Made by a program: the position numbers and the translations under genes
Source: an uncultured Actinomycetes bacterium
GTDB lineage: Bacteria; Actinomycetota; Acidimicrobiia; Spongiisociales; ZC4RG35
DNA length: 64,000 nt
Direction of reading: 5' to 3'
Assembly (NCBI GenBank): GCA_937989945.1
Contig: CALKIG010000008.1
Coordinates: 32,631 to 96,630 of the forward strand
Shown: positions 28,820 through 38,009 of the stretch, in pieces
How the letters are laid out: each line of letters starts with the position of its first letter
How positions within the stretch are numbered: the first letter of the stretch is position 1
Notes under the pieces: generated by a model
Told to the model about the DNA's origin: nothing
Seen by the model: only the letters and a program-made list of their open reading frames with translations
Databases searched by the model: none

Positions 28820-31353
28820 CCGACACCCTGAGCTGCGACCACGCCCCTGTCGAGAGCCTTCAATGCATCCCTGCACTCCTCCGCCATGTCGGGAGCGACA
28901 TCCCGAATCTGACGGAGCAGGTCGACCAGTTGACGACTCACACGCACGAAGTCTCCGGGTGCCATGGCGCCGCTCGAGACGCTGTCGAAGTCCTCACCGG
29001 AAACCCACTTGTAAGCCTGGGCCGCGAAGCCCGGATCAGGTCGCCGCGTGGGGCTGAGTCGGGCAACCCTCTCCCGTTCGATCAGACTCGACCATGCCTC
29101 TTCGACCCGAGACCAGCGCTCCACGAGCGTGTCGGTCGGCATCTCGGCCACCGACGGCTGATCGGTTCGGGGCTCGAAGACGAACACTGAGAGCAGCGCG
29201 GCCAACTCGGCCGGAGCCAACGCATAGAAGTACCCCTGCTCGAGGCATTCTGTCAACAACAGATCGGACTCGTTGTAGACACCTCGCAACCGCTCGCCGC
29301 GCTGGGTCAAGCTCCAGCCGCTCATATACCGCATGTCCTCCAATAGGCCGGTTATAGAGTGGAACTCCTCCACCAGGCCGTGACCGCTGGCACGGCGGGC
29401 GGTGCGATATTGCTCGAGTTTCCTCTCCAATCGCCGAGCCTTCCTGGCTGCTGCGAGATGACGTGACGCATCCGGGCACGCAGCTACCGGATGACTCACC
29501 TCAGCGGGACGGCTGGAGCGATTGCGCGGCTGAGACGGTAGCTTTCGTAGAAGCTTGAGAGAGTCCTGGATGAAGCGCCGGTCACGAGGGCGAATGGGTC
29601 TGGGGAGATCCAGTGATCCTGCAATCGTGCTGCCCGCCACTATTTCCTTGTACCCGAGCGTCGAGACCCGCCCGGAAGTGGAGAGAACCAGGTACCGGGC
29701 GCCGTTCTTGCGCGACAGGCGCTTCAACACCACGTAGCGACCGTCACGGGCACCTCCGCTCACGTCCACAACGACCCCCTCTCCGAGACCGGAGGCGATG
29801 TTGTCATTGTGCGGCGAGGGTTGGCTCGATTCCATCACCGCCAGGTACTCGTCGATCGAGCCCAACTCGCAGTCGGCAATTGCGAGCTCCTTGGCGTACT
29901 CGGATTCGAGCGCTTCGATCGTCCGAGCCGCAGTGTGCCTCTCCTCCTCGCGCTGATAGGCCGCAAACGAAGACGCGAGCAACTCCTCAGCACGCTCGCG
30001 TTCGTACTTGGCTACCAGATTCGCCGTCATGTTGTAGGTGGGTCTGAAGCTGGAGCTGAGCGGGTGGCTTCCCAGGGCCGCGATGTCGGTGACGTTGGAG
30101 AAGCGCACATATGGTGAATGGAGCACGACGCCGAAACCCTCGACGTCGATTCCCCGCCTCCCGGCACGACCAGTGAGCTGCGTGTAGTCGCCAGGGCGCA
30201 GGAGCTCATGGGTCTCGCCGTTGTAGCGGGACAGGTTCTCGATGACCACCGTTCGAGCCGGCATGTTGATACCCAGCGCCAGCGTCTCCGTTGCGAAGAC
30301 GACTTTGAGCAGCCCGGAGGAGAAGAGCTCCTCCACGGTCTCCTTGAACGCCGGAACGAGGCCCGCGTGGTGGGAGCCGATTCCCTGCTCGAGCGCGAAG
30401 ACCCACTCGTCATAACCAAGAACCTTCAGGTCTTGGTCCTCGAGGTGTGCGGTGCGCGTCTCCGCGATTTCAACGATGAGGTTCCGTTCCTCAGTATCTG
30501 TGAGCTTGACTCCGGCGTCGGCCAGGCGTCGGGCCGCGGTGTCGCATCCGACTCTGCTGAAGATGAAGTAAATCGCGGGCAGCATTTTCTCCTCGGCGAG
30601 CCTTTCCACGGTCTCGATTCGGTTCGGGGTCTTGAAACGCCTCTTTCGTCCTCGTTCCAGGCCAAGCATGTGCTCGATCCTCGAATTCGGCCGACGTCGC
30701 CCATCACGGGTGGTGAAGGTCGGCAAGAGGTGAAGCGCTCTGGAACCTGCCTTGTCCTTGATCATGTAGAGCGACTCGAGGGGGACAGGGCGATGCTCGG
30801 TGGAGATCAGACGTGTCGAGCCCCGTCTCTCACCCACCCACGCCGCGAACTCGGCATTGTTCGAGATCGTCGCCGACAAGCAGACGAGCTGGACCGACTT
30901 TGGACAATGAATGATCACCTCTTCCCAGACGGCGCCTCTCATCCGATCCTGCAGGTAGTGCACCTCATCGAGGATCACGTGTGAGACCCTCGCCAGTCGA
31001 CTTGCATCGGCATAGATCATGTTGCGGAGCACTTCGGTGGTCATGACGACGATTTCGGCGTCGCCGTTGATGACGTTGTCACCAGTGAGAAGACCGACTC
31101 TCTCCGGTCCGTGTGCTGCGACGAGGTCTCCGTACTTCTGATTGGAAAGTGCCTTTATGGGTGTCGTGTAGAAAACCCGCTTCCCTTCGAGAAGCGCCAG
31201 GTAGATCGCAGCATCCGCGACGAGAGTTTTTCCCGATCCTGTCGGAGCCGTCACGACAACTGAATGGCCATCGGCTATCGCCCGGCCCGCCTCGAGTTGG
31301 AAGTCGTCGGGGACGAGAGCCAGACCATCCCAAAAAGGCGAGAGACGGCTCAT
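28816..31353 (-). CDS. helY: Ski2-like DEAD/DEAH-box helicase HelY
   Basis: ATG 31353 overlaps the tatC stop (ATGA). Walker A APTGSGKT, DEVH box (ILDEVHYLQD), SAT, ..HHAGL.., ..QLTGRAGRRG... It has a long C-terminal arch/DSHCT-like region, and the position after tatC matches M. tuberculosis. Confidence 0.85.
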   Translation of the reverse strand: MSRLSPFWDGLALVPDDFQLEAGRAIADGHSVVVTAPTGSGKTLVADAAIYLALLEGKRVFYTTPIKALSNQKYGDLVAAHGPERVGLLTGDNVINGDAEIVVMTTEVLRNMIYADASRLARVSHVILDEVHYLQDRMRGAVWEEVIIHCPKSVQLVCLSATISNNAEFAAWVGERRGSTRLISTEHRPVPLESLYMIKDKAGSRALHLLPTFTTRDGRRRPNSRIEHMLGLERGRKRRFKTPNRIETVERLAEEKMLPAIYFIFSRVGCDTAARRLADAGVKLTDTEERNLIVEIAETRTAHLEDQDLKVLGYDEWVFALEQGIGSHHAGLVPAFKETVEELFSSGLLKVVFATETLALGINMPARTVVIENLSRYNGETHELLRPGDYTQLTGRAGRRGIDVEGFGVVLHSPYVRFSNVTDIAALGSHPLSSSFRPTYNMTANLVAKYERERAEELLASSFAAYQREEERHTAARTIEALESEYAKELAIADCELGSIDEYLAVMESSQPSPHNDNIASGLGEGVVVDVSGGARDGRYVVLKRLSRKNGARYLVLSTSGRVSTLGYKEIVAGSTIAGSLDLPRPIRPRDRRFIQDSLKLLRKLPSQPRNRSSRPAEVSHPVAACPDASRHLAAARKARRLERKLEQYRTARRASGHGLVEEFHSITGLLEDMRYMSGWSLTQRGERLRGVYNESDLLLTECLEQGYFYALAPAELAALLSVFVFEPRTDQPSVAEMPTDTLVERWSRVEEAWSSLIERERVARLSPTRRPDPGFAAQAYKWVSGEDFDSVSSGAMAPGDFVRVSRQLVDLLRQIRDVAPDMAEECRDALKALDRGVVAAQGVG

Positions 31354-32063
31354 CGCTTGAGAGTCAATCGGACCAACCAATAGGTCAGCTCGTACATCAG
31401 ATAGAGGGGCACCGAGAGGATCAACAGCGTGAAGGCATCTCCGGATGGAGTTATGAGGGCCGCGGCGATGACGATTATCACAACCGCCCACCGGCGACCG
31501 CGGGCCAGTTGATCCGATGTGATGACGTGTGCTGCGGCCGCAGCGAACAGGAACACCGGGTATAGGAACGCAAGACCGAATGCGAGAAGGAATCGCAGCG
31601 TGAACGAGTAGTACTGACCTATCTGAAGGTCAGTCTCCACGCCAGGAAAGATGTCGAGCAGGAATTCGAGGCCTCTGGGCAGTGCCCAGTATCCGAACAC
31701 GACACCGCCGATGAACAGGATCACCAGCGAGCCGACGATGGGTATGGCCCACTTCCTCTCGTTGCTGGTCAAGGCGGGAGTGACGAACGCCCAAATCTGA
31801 TAGAGGACCACAGGGCTGCCGATGATGATTCCACCGAAGAGCCCGATTCGCATCAGCACTCCCCACTGCTCCCCTACAGCCAATGCCTGCAACTGTGAGT
31901 TCGGAGCCGCTGTGTTGAAAGGGCCCTCCAGCAACTCGCTGATCTGGTCAGCAAAGATAAGAGCGACGCCCCCCGCAACTATGACTGCGACCAGTATCTT
32001 GACGAGACGCCACCGCAGCTCCTCGAGATGGGTGAGGATCGTCTGTGGCTGATCCGCGGTCAC
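31350..32063 (-). CDS. tatC: twin-arginine translocase subunit TatC
   Basis: THLEELRWRLVKILVAV.. N-terminus, six hydrophobic segments, 237 aa. Confidence 0.9.
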   Translation of the reverse strand: MTADQPQTILTHLEELRWRLVKILVAVIVAGGVALIFADQISELLEGPFNTAAPNSQLQALAVGEQWGVLMRIGLFGGIIIGSPVVLYQIWAFVTPALTSNERKWAIPIVGSLVILFIGGVVFGYWALPRGLEFLLDIFPGVETDLQIGQYYSFTLRFLLAFGLAFLYPVFLFAAAAAHVITSDQLARGRRWAVVIIVIAAALITPSGDAFTLLILSVPLYLMYELTYWLVRLTLKR

Positions 32064-32488
32064 GTTCCGCCCTCGTCACCCTCCGCCGTTCTCGGGTTCT
32101 CCTCGGAGGTCTCCTCCGACTTGGCGGCGCGTCCTGAGTCCGGCTCGCGGCCTTCGATCTCGTCGAGGTCCGCCATCGCGTCGGCGGGAGTGGGGCCAGA
32201 TATGGGCTTGGGGCCCTTCCAATCGAGGCGACTGATCCCTACCTCGTCCATGCCCTCTTTCGCCTCGCGAAGCGGCTTCCGGATTTCCTCGTTGACCGAG
32301 CGAAGCTCATCGCCTGCGGCTTTGAGATCGGAGACTTCGGCCTCCAGTCCCGCCCGGACCTCCCTCGCTGCCTTACGAAGTTCGGAGGCGTACTCGCCAG
32401 CCTTTCGCGCCAGAGCCGGCAGCCGGGTCGGGCCGAGCACCACTAGGGCGACAATGAGGATTATTACTACTTCGCCACCTTGAAGCAT
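32060..32488 (-). CDS. twin-arginine translocase TatA/TatB-family protein (TatB-like features)
   Basis: From ATG 32488: MLQGGEVVIILIVALVVLGPTRLPALARKAG, followed by an amphipathic helix and an acidic tail (142 aa). The GP-x-RLP hinge and the length resemble TatB more than TatA. GTG 32509 is an alternative start. Confidence 0.75.
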   Translation of the reverse strand: MLQGGEVVIILIVALVVLGPTRLPALARKAGEYASELRKAAREVRAGLEAEVSDLKAAGDELRSVNEEIRKPLREAKEGMDEVGISRLDWKGPKPISGPTPADAMADLDEIEGREPDSGRAAKSEETSEENPRTAEGDEGGT

Positions 32489-32513
32489 TGAGGCGATAGT
32501 AAGCCCCACATAG

Positions 32514-32549
32514 GAGAAGTGGCGACTCCCCCAGAAGTCGCCACTTCTC
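32514..32549. promoter_or_regulatory. perfect 13-bp-stem hairpin/palindrome between the zinc-ribbon gene and the tat genes
   Basis: GAGAAGTGGCGAC (32514-32526) and GTCGCCACTTCTC (32537-32549) are exact reverse complements separated by 10 nt. There is no U-tract on either strand. Confidence 0.4.
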
Positions 32550-32596
32550 GTCGACGGGGATCTGCCCTGAAACGCCCGCCGAGGCTTTCGCCGAGA

Positions 32597-32887
32597 TCAG
32601 CCGGCCAGGAGACGGAGGGGATCAGGCTCCGAGTCGAGGGCGGTGGTGAAGGCCATGATCTCGGCTTCAGTAATCGGGTCGGGATTGACGACTTCATATG
32701 CGACGCCGGTTGCCAGTAGGACGCTCACGACCCGGGAGTTGGCGGGGCGGCGCTGCTGCTCGGTGCACGATGGGCACTTGAACCTATAGTCGCCTTCCCG
32801 TCCTCCGGGACGAAGCTCCAGCGCTACATCGTCCGGTGTCAGGTGTATGTCGCCACAGTGGCCACACGTTGTCTTGATGGTCGTCAT
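32597..32887 (-). CDS. small zinc-ribbon hypothetical protein
   Basis: ATG 32887 has GGAGA 5 nt upstream. 96 aa with CGHCGD-x27-CPSC (two CxxC pairs). It is inserted between pafC and the tat genes. Confidence 0.5.
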   Translation of the reverse strand: MTTIKTTCGHCGDIHLTPDDVALELRPGGREGDYRFKCPSCTEQQRRPANSRVVSVLLATGVAYEVVNPDPITEAEIMAFTTALDSEPDPLRLLAG

Positions 32888-32968
32888 TCCGATTCTCCGG
32901 TCACCCATGTCTCTGTGCATCGGCAACGGAATCCCGAATCTGTAGGGCTATTGATAGGTCGATCGACC

Positions 32969-33898
32969 CTATCCGTAGCGATCGCTGAGCGCTTTACCCA
33001 GGTGTTTTAGCCTTTCTGAGACATCTGGCCCCTCTACGAGGCGAGCGCTGCCACCGAGACGGAGTAGTAGGCGAGCCGGTAGCTCCGGGTCGGTCGCGGA
33101 AAAGCGAATCCGCACATGATCATCCCCTTCTTCGAGGATTTCGACCGGGTAGTACTCCAAAACCCAACGTGCCCCTGGGAACAGGTCAATTGTCGCCGTG
33201 ACGTCGTTGTCCGAGGGTGAATAGCCCACTCCAGGCTCCGGAATCTCATCGGGGGGGTCGAATCGCTCTTCGAGGACCTCGACACTGCGGATCCTGTCGA
33301 TTCGAAACGTCCGCATATCGTCAACAAGGCGACAATGTGCCATCACGTACCAGTTTCCGAGGGTGGAGAACACCAGCCAGGGCTCGATGTCCCTCTCCGT
33401 GGTCTCTTCCCGGCTGAGCGATCGGTAGACGATGTGGGTGACCCGGTTCTCCGCGGCAGCACGTTTCAGCGTCGTCGCCGAGTCCGTTGAGGGGGGAAGA
33501 TCTACCGCCAATGTCGCATCCGCCTCCGGGAGCAGGACATCGCTCAACTTGGCGATTGCGGAGTCGAGTGCAGGTGTGCCCTGGCCGGAACCAGAAACTG
33601 CCAATGCGGCCGCGAGCAAGCCCAAGGCCTCTATCGGAGCCAGCCGGGGTGCGCGGCTGAAGTAGTCAGCCGAGTCGATGACCACCTCGTCTTCATCGAT
33701 GTAGGCCTCCATCAGCTCTCCCGGCCCGTAGCCCGGAAGCCCGCAGACGAACACAGCGTTGAGATCGCGGGTCAACTCAGACCTGCTGTATCCGAAGCGC
33801 TCCATTACTTCTTCGGTGCTGACGCCCGGATTGGCGAGCACGTATGGGATCAGCCCCAGAATCCTCGAAAGCCTCGAGACGGTCTTCTGTGAGCTCAA
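32969..33898 (-). CDS. pafC: WYL-domain transcriptional regulator PafC
   Basis: TTG 33898 overlaps the pafB stop (TTGA). HTH-like N-terminus SRLSRILGLIPYVLANPGVSTEEVMERFGYSRSEL, WYL-type core (..PWLVFSTLGNWYVMAHC..). It is the second of two paralogous genes after pafA. Confidence 0.8.
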   Translation of the reverse strand: MSSQKTVSRLSRILGLIPYVLANPGVSTEEVMERFGYSRSELTRDLNAVFVCGLPGYGPGELMEAYIDEDEVVIDSADYFSRAPRLAPIEALGLLAAALAVSGSGQGTPALDSAIAKLSDVLLPEADATLAVDLPPSTDSATTLKRAAAENRVTHIVYRSLSREETTERDIEPWLVFSTLGNWYVMAHCRLVDDMRTFRIDRIRSVEVLEERFDPPDEIPEPGVGYSPSDNDVTATIDLFPGARWVLEYYPVEILEEGDDHVRIRFSATDPELPARLLLRLGGSARLVEGPDVSERLKHLGKALSDRYG

Positions 33899-34815
33899 GC
33901 AACCACTCCGTCGACCGCGGCAGTCACACGATCCATGAGGTCGCGCCGCAGTTCCTCGGGTGCCAATATCTCGGCCGAAGGTCCAAAGCTCAGCACCCAA
34001 CCCACGAACGCGTCGCGATTCGAAACCGGAATCGTCACTTCGAGGTGACCCTCTGAGTGCTCCACGCCAAGCGTGCGGCTCGCCCACCACGCCACCTCGG
34101 GATCGAAGCGCACGGTGGCCTTAACCTCTTCGTCACCGCCGGCCTCCCATGGCTGGCTCTGAAGGAAGGTGCTGGGGTTGAATCCGGCCGGGCGTTCGAA
34201 CCCGCCTGGCTCCCCCTTATCAATGGCCGAGATGCGATCTATCCGGTAAACCCTCTCGCCTTCGGTCGTCACACCAACCAGGTACCAATGGCCCCGGCGG
34301 AACGCAATGCCATACGGATTCAGCTTCCTGCGACCTTCGCGGTAGGTGAATTCAATAGGGCTTCGCTGAACGACCGCGTCGAACACTGCCCCGAGCGTTT
34401 CGCCTTCTGCCCCGAGATCCGCCCCGAAGGGCTCGAAAGCGACGCCTTGCTCGACGCCACCCAGCTTCCTGAGGCCATCGAGACCGGCGTGCGAGCCTCC
34501 CAGTTGAACGATCCGAGCTGCCAGCGACAAGGCGGCGCGCTCCTCTGGAGTTAGACCCGGATCCGGAATGGCGTATTCGTCGGGGTCGACCGTATATCCG
34601 AAGTCGACCTCCCACACATCGAGCGCATCTAGCTTGATCGGCACACCTAGCTGGCGAAGCAGCTCTTTGTCACGCTCGAACATTCGGTGAAAAGCCTCAT
34701 CGGAATCCTGCGAGTAGCCGGGAACCGTGCGCCGTATCTCTTCGGCGGTTACTGGATGGGGCGACTCGAGAAGGTAGATGAGCGTGTTGAGCACCCGCTC
34801 GACGACGTTCCTCAT
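33895..34815 (-). CDS. pafB: WYL-domain transcriptional regulator PafB
   Basis: VERVLNTLIYLLESPHPVTAEEIRRTV HTH, WYL-type core (..PYGIAFRRGHWYLVGV..), immediately downstream of pafA. Confidence 0.8.
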   Translation of the reverse strand: MRNVVERVLNTLIYLLESPHPVTAEEIRRTVPGYSQDSDEAFHRMFERDKELLRQLGVPIKLDALDVWEVDFGYTVDPDEYAIPDPGLTPEERAALSLAARIVQLGGSHAGLDGLRKLGGVEQGVAFEPFGADLGAEGETLGAVFDAVVQRSPIEFTYREGRRKLNPYGIAFRRGHWYLVGVTTEGERVYRIDRISAIDKGEPGGFERPAGFNPSTFLQSQPWEAGGDEEVKATVRFDPEVAWWASRTLGVEHSEGHLEVTIPVSNRDAFVGWVLSFGPSAEILAPEELRRDLMDRVTAAVDGVVA

Positions 34816-34885
34816 AGATGGCTCGATTCTAAGAGGTCCTGATTGTCCGAACGGTGCACTCGAACGAGCCTGGAGAGGCTGCGAG

Positions 34886-36241
34886 TCAAAGGCTCTCTAT
34901 GAGTTTGTCGACGCGCTCATCCTCAGACCGGAACGGGTCTTTGCACATCACAGTGCGCTGGGCTTGGTCGTTCAGCTTGAGGTGCACCCAATCGACCGTG
35001 AAGTCTCGCTTCTTCGCCTTTGCGGCCTTGATGAACTCACCGCGGAGACGAGCTCGCGTCGTCTGAGGCGGACGGCGCACGGCGTCGGCGATATTCGCGT
35101 CCGTGACCACGCGCTCCATGAGACCTTTGTCCTGAAGCATGTAGAAGAGGCCCCTGTTCCTATTCACGTCGTGGTAGGAGAGGTCCATCATCGCCAGACG
35201 TGGGTCGGATAGCTGCAAACCGCGCCTCATTTGATAGCGCTCGAGGAGTCGCTGCTTGGCGACCCAATCGACCTCGCGGTCCAGGGTCATCGGGTCCTTC
35301 TCGAGCCCGGTGAGAAGGGTCTCCCAACGGTCGACAGCCGCTTTCACCTGAGGCGGGAAGCCGGGGCTGCGGGCGAACCGCATCGCCCGATCGAGATACT
35401 CCCATTGGATGTCGAGGGCCGACAGTTCTCGTCCATTCATCAAACGGATCTTTCGCTTGCACGTGGTGTCGTGCGCTATCTCCCTTATCGCCCTGATCGG
35501 GTTTTCCAAACTGAGGTCACGAAAGACGACGTCCTTTTCGATCATCTGAAGGAGAGCGACCATGGTTCCCACCTTCACGAAAGTGGCGTACTCGCTCATG
35601 TTGGAGTCGCCGGCTATCACGTGGAGCCGGCGATAGCGCTCTGCGTCGGCATGCGGCTCATCACGTGTGTTGATTATCGGCCGTGATCGGGTGGTCGCAG
35701 AGGACACGCCTTCCCAGATGTGATCGGCCCTCTGACTGATCGAATACGTGGTCCCTCTCGGAGTTTGTGTGAGCTTGCCCGCACCCAAGAAGATCTGACG
35801 TGTCACGAGGAATGGGATGAGAACGTCCACGGTCCGATGAAAGTCCTTGTGCCTGCTGACCAGGTAGTTCTCGTGACACCCATACGAGTTGCCGGCCGAA
35901 TCCGTGTTGTTCTTGAACACGAAGATCTCCCCGCGTATGCCCTCCTCCTCGAGGCGCTCCTCCGCCCCGTGGACCAGGCCTTCGAGGATCCGCTCCCCCG
36001 CCTTGTCGTGAGAGACGACGTCGTACAGGTCGTCGCACTCCGGTGTCGCGTATTCCGGATGCGATCCCACATCGAGGTAGAGGCGCGCCCCGTTCTCCAA
36101 GAAGACATTCGACGAGCGCCCCCACGAGACCACTCGTCTGAAGAGATAGCGTGCCACTTCGTCGGGGCTGAGGCGTCGCTGCCCCCGAAGGGTGCACGTG
36201 ACCCCGTATTCGTTCTCTAGCCCAAAGATCCTGCGATCCAC
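34886..36241 (-). CDS. pafA: Pup--protein ligase PafA
   Basis: [12 protein letters not shown]-terminus; 451 aa carboxylate-amine ligase fold paralogous to Dop (..[11 protein letters not shown].., ..[13 protein letters not shown]..). GTG start. Confidence 0.9.
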   Translation of the reverse strand: MDRRIFGLENEYGVTCTLRGQRRLSPDEVARYLFRRVVSWGRSSNVFLENGARLYLDVGSHPEYATPECDDLYDVVSHDKAGERILEGLVHGAEERLEEEGIRGEIFVFKNNTDSAGNSYGCHENYLVSRHKDFHRTVDVLIPFLVTRQIFLGAGKLTQTPRGTTYSISQRADHIWEGVSSATTRSRPIINTRDEPHADAERYRRLHVIAGDSNMSEYATFVKVGTMVALLQMIEKDVVFRDLSLENPIRAIREIAHDTTCKRKIRLMNGRELSALDIQWEYLDRAMRFARSPGFPPQVKAAVDRWETLLTGLEKDPMTLDREVDWVAKQRLLERYQMRRGLQLSDPRLAMMDLSYHDVNRNRGLFYMLQDKGLMERVVTDANIADAVRRPPQTTRARLRGEFIKAAKAKKRDFTVDWVHLKLNDQAQRTVMCKDPFRSEDERVDKLIESL

Positions 36242-36261
36242 CAGGTCAGGCTAAACGCGCG

Positions 36262-36282
36262 TCAACCCAATCGGTGGGTTGA
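36262..36282. promoter_or_regulatory. 8-bp perfect palindrome 20 nt upstream of the pafA start
   Basis: TCAACCCA (36262-36269), loop ATCGG, TGGGTTGA (36275-36282). Confidence 0.3.
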
Positions 36283-36322
36283 TTGCAGCAAGGCTCCGAG
36301 GCCGGGCCTCTGCGAACTCGGG

Positions 36323-37030
36323 TTATTCGGGGGATTCGCTCTCCGGCTGTGCGGGCTCTTTGCCAGCCGCAGGGCTGGTCTCGGTGGAGATGCGACGGAA
36401 GGCGCGTCGACCATTGGTGGAGTCGAGCACTGCGATCTCCCAGCCCTCGGAGTCGCGCCCCTCTGCCTGCTGGAAAGCCTGCTTGCCGGCCTCGAGAGCC
36501 GAGTCGAGGTCCATGTCGGCAGACCACAGGTCTTCGAGAGCTTCCTCCAATTGCTCAGATTTGCCTCCGATGGCGACGAAGTTGCGTTCCTCGAAGAGGG
36601 TTCCGTCGTATGTGACCCTGAATAGCCGGTGCTCGGCGCCATCCGAAGAGATCTCTGCCAGGAGCAACTCCACCTCGAACGGCTTTGGATCTCTCGTGAA
36701 GATGACACCCATCGTCTGCGCAAACTGGGTTGCGAGGCTCATCGCGGTCACATCGTCGCGCGAGTAGAGGTAGCCCATTAAGTCCGCCTGGCGGATGCCC
36801 GCCTTGCGCAGCGTCTCGAATTCGTTGTATTTGCCTACCCCGGCGAACGCGATGCGGTCATAGACCTCCGAGATCTTGTGGAGGGCACTCGACGGGTTCT
36901 CGGCAATCAGGACCACACCATCCGCGTATTCGAGTGCGAGAATCGACCTCCCCCTCGCTATTCCCTTGCGAGCGAATTCGGCCTTGTCGCGGACGAGTTG
37001 CTCGGGGGCTACGTAGAACGGAATGGTCAT
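36323..37030 (-). CDS. prcA: 20S proteasome alpha subunit
   Basis: MTIPFYVAPEQLVRDKAEFARKGIARGRS.. is the typical actinobacterial PrcA N-terminus. It overlaps the prcB stop. Confidence 0.9.
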   Translation of the reverse strand: MTIPFYVAPEQLVRDKAEFARKGIARGRSILALEYADGVVLIAENPSSALHKISEVYDRIAFAGVGKYNEFETLRKAGIRQADLMGYLYSRDDVTAMSLATQFAQTMGVIFTRDPKPFEVELLLAEISSDGAEHRLFRVTYDGTLFEERNFVAIGGKSEQLEEALEDLWSADMDLDSALEAGKQAFQQAEGRDSEGWEIAVLDSTNGRRAFRRISTETSPAAGKEPAQPESESPE

Positions 37031-37818
37031 CTGATCGTCTCCACGGCGCCCTCGGCTAGGGGCCCTACAACGTCATCAGGCAGTTCAACCAGGCCGTCCT
37101 CGTCGATGCGCAGGACGTTGGGATAGATGCCTCGCCTCAGGTCTGGGCCGCCCGTGGCGGTGTCCTCCTGAGACGCAGACACAAGTGCGCGAACGGCGAG
37201 GTCGGCGGCCTCATCAGCGCTCAAGTCGTCTCGATAGACCGTCCGCAGGTATGACTTCGCGAGCCTTGAGCCGGACCCGGTGCTGCCGAAGTCGATCTCC
37301 TCGTATCGACCGCCTACGACATCGAAGCTAAAGAGTCGTCCTGTCTGATCGGCTTCGCTGTAACCCGCGAACATGGGGACTACCACGAGCCCTTGTATGG
37401 CCATGGGGAGCTGGTTTCGGACGAGACGTGCCAGGAACGAAGCCTTGCCCTCCAGCGATAGCCTCACCCCCTCGATCTTCTCGTAGTGCTCCAATTCGAC
37501 CTGAAAGAGTCGAACCATGTCGATGGCGAGGCCAGCAGTGCCGGCGATGGCCACTGCGGAGTACCGGTCGGCCGGGAATACCTTCCGGATGCGCCGATGT
37601 GCGACAAGGTGGCCCTCGGTAGCTCTCCGGTCACCTGCCATGACGACGCCTCCCTGGTAGCGGAGAGCGAGCACCGTGGTGCCTTCAGGCGCGGATGGTG
37701 CGTTCTCCCCCGGCGGAATGTTCCACCTGGGCAGTGCGCCCATCGAGTCCAGGAGATCAGTGAAGCTGGATCCCGGGGAGGGAGCGTCCAATGGCAGTGG
37801 GCCGTTGGCCGGGATCAC
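37027..37818 (-). CDS. prcB: 20S proteasome beta subunit
   Basis: A propeptide is followed by the G|TTVLALRY catalytic Thr1 context. Located between pup and prcA. Confidence 0.9.
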   Translation of the reverse strand: MIPANGPLPLDAPSPGSSFTDLLDSMGALPRWNIPPGENAPSAPEGTTVLALRYQGGVVMAGDRRATEGHLVAHRRIRKVFPADRYSAVAIAGTAGLAIDMVRLFQVELEHYEKIEGVRLSLEGKASFLARLVRNQLPMAIQGLVVVPMFAGYSEADQTGRLFSFDVVGGRYEEIDFGSTGSGSRLAKSYLRTVYRDDLSADEAADLAVRALVSASQEDTATGGPDLRRGIYPNVLRIDEDGLVELPDDVVGPLAEGAVETIR

Positions 37819-38003
37819 TCGCCGCCCTTCTGCACATAGTTCTTCACGAACTCCTCGGCGTTCTCTTCGAGGACTTCGTCGATCTCATCGAGCAAGTCAT
37901 CGAGGGCCTCCAGATCCGAGTCGCTTTCGGTGACGACTTCGACTTCCTCGACGTCTTCTTGATCCTGTCTCCGACGCTCCTTGGATCTCTCTTGTTCAGC
38001 CAT
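37815..38003 (-). CDS. pup: prokaryotic ubiquitin-like protein Pup (C-terminal GGE)
   Basis: 62 aa, acidic and disordered. The C-terminal helix region LDDLLDEIDEVLEENAEEFVKNYVQKGGE ends in GGE rather than GGQ. Confidence 0.9.
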   Translation of the reverse strand: MAEQERSKERRRQDQEDVEEVEVVTESDSDLEALDDLLDEIDEVLEENAEEFVKNYVQKGGE

Positions 38004-38009
38004 AAACCT

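Noticed and set aside
36312-36327. SOS-box-like sequence GCGAACTCGGGTTATT at the end of prcA
   Set aside because: Only the left GAAC half plus a degenerate right half (GTTA) match. It lies largely inside coding sequence, so the match is too weak to call an operator.
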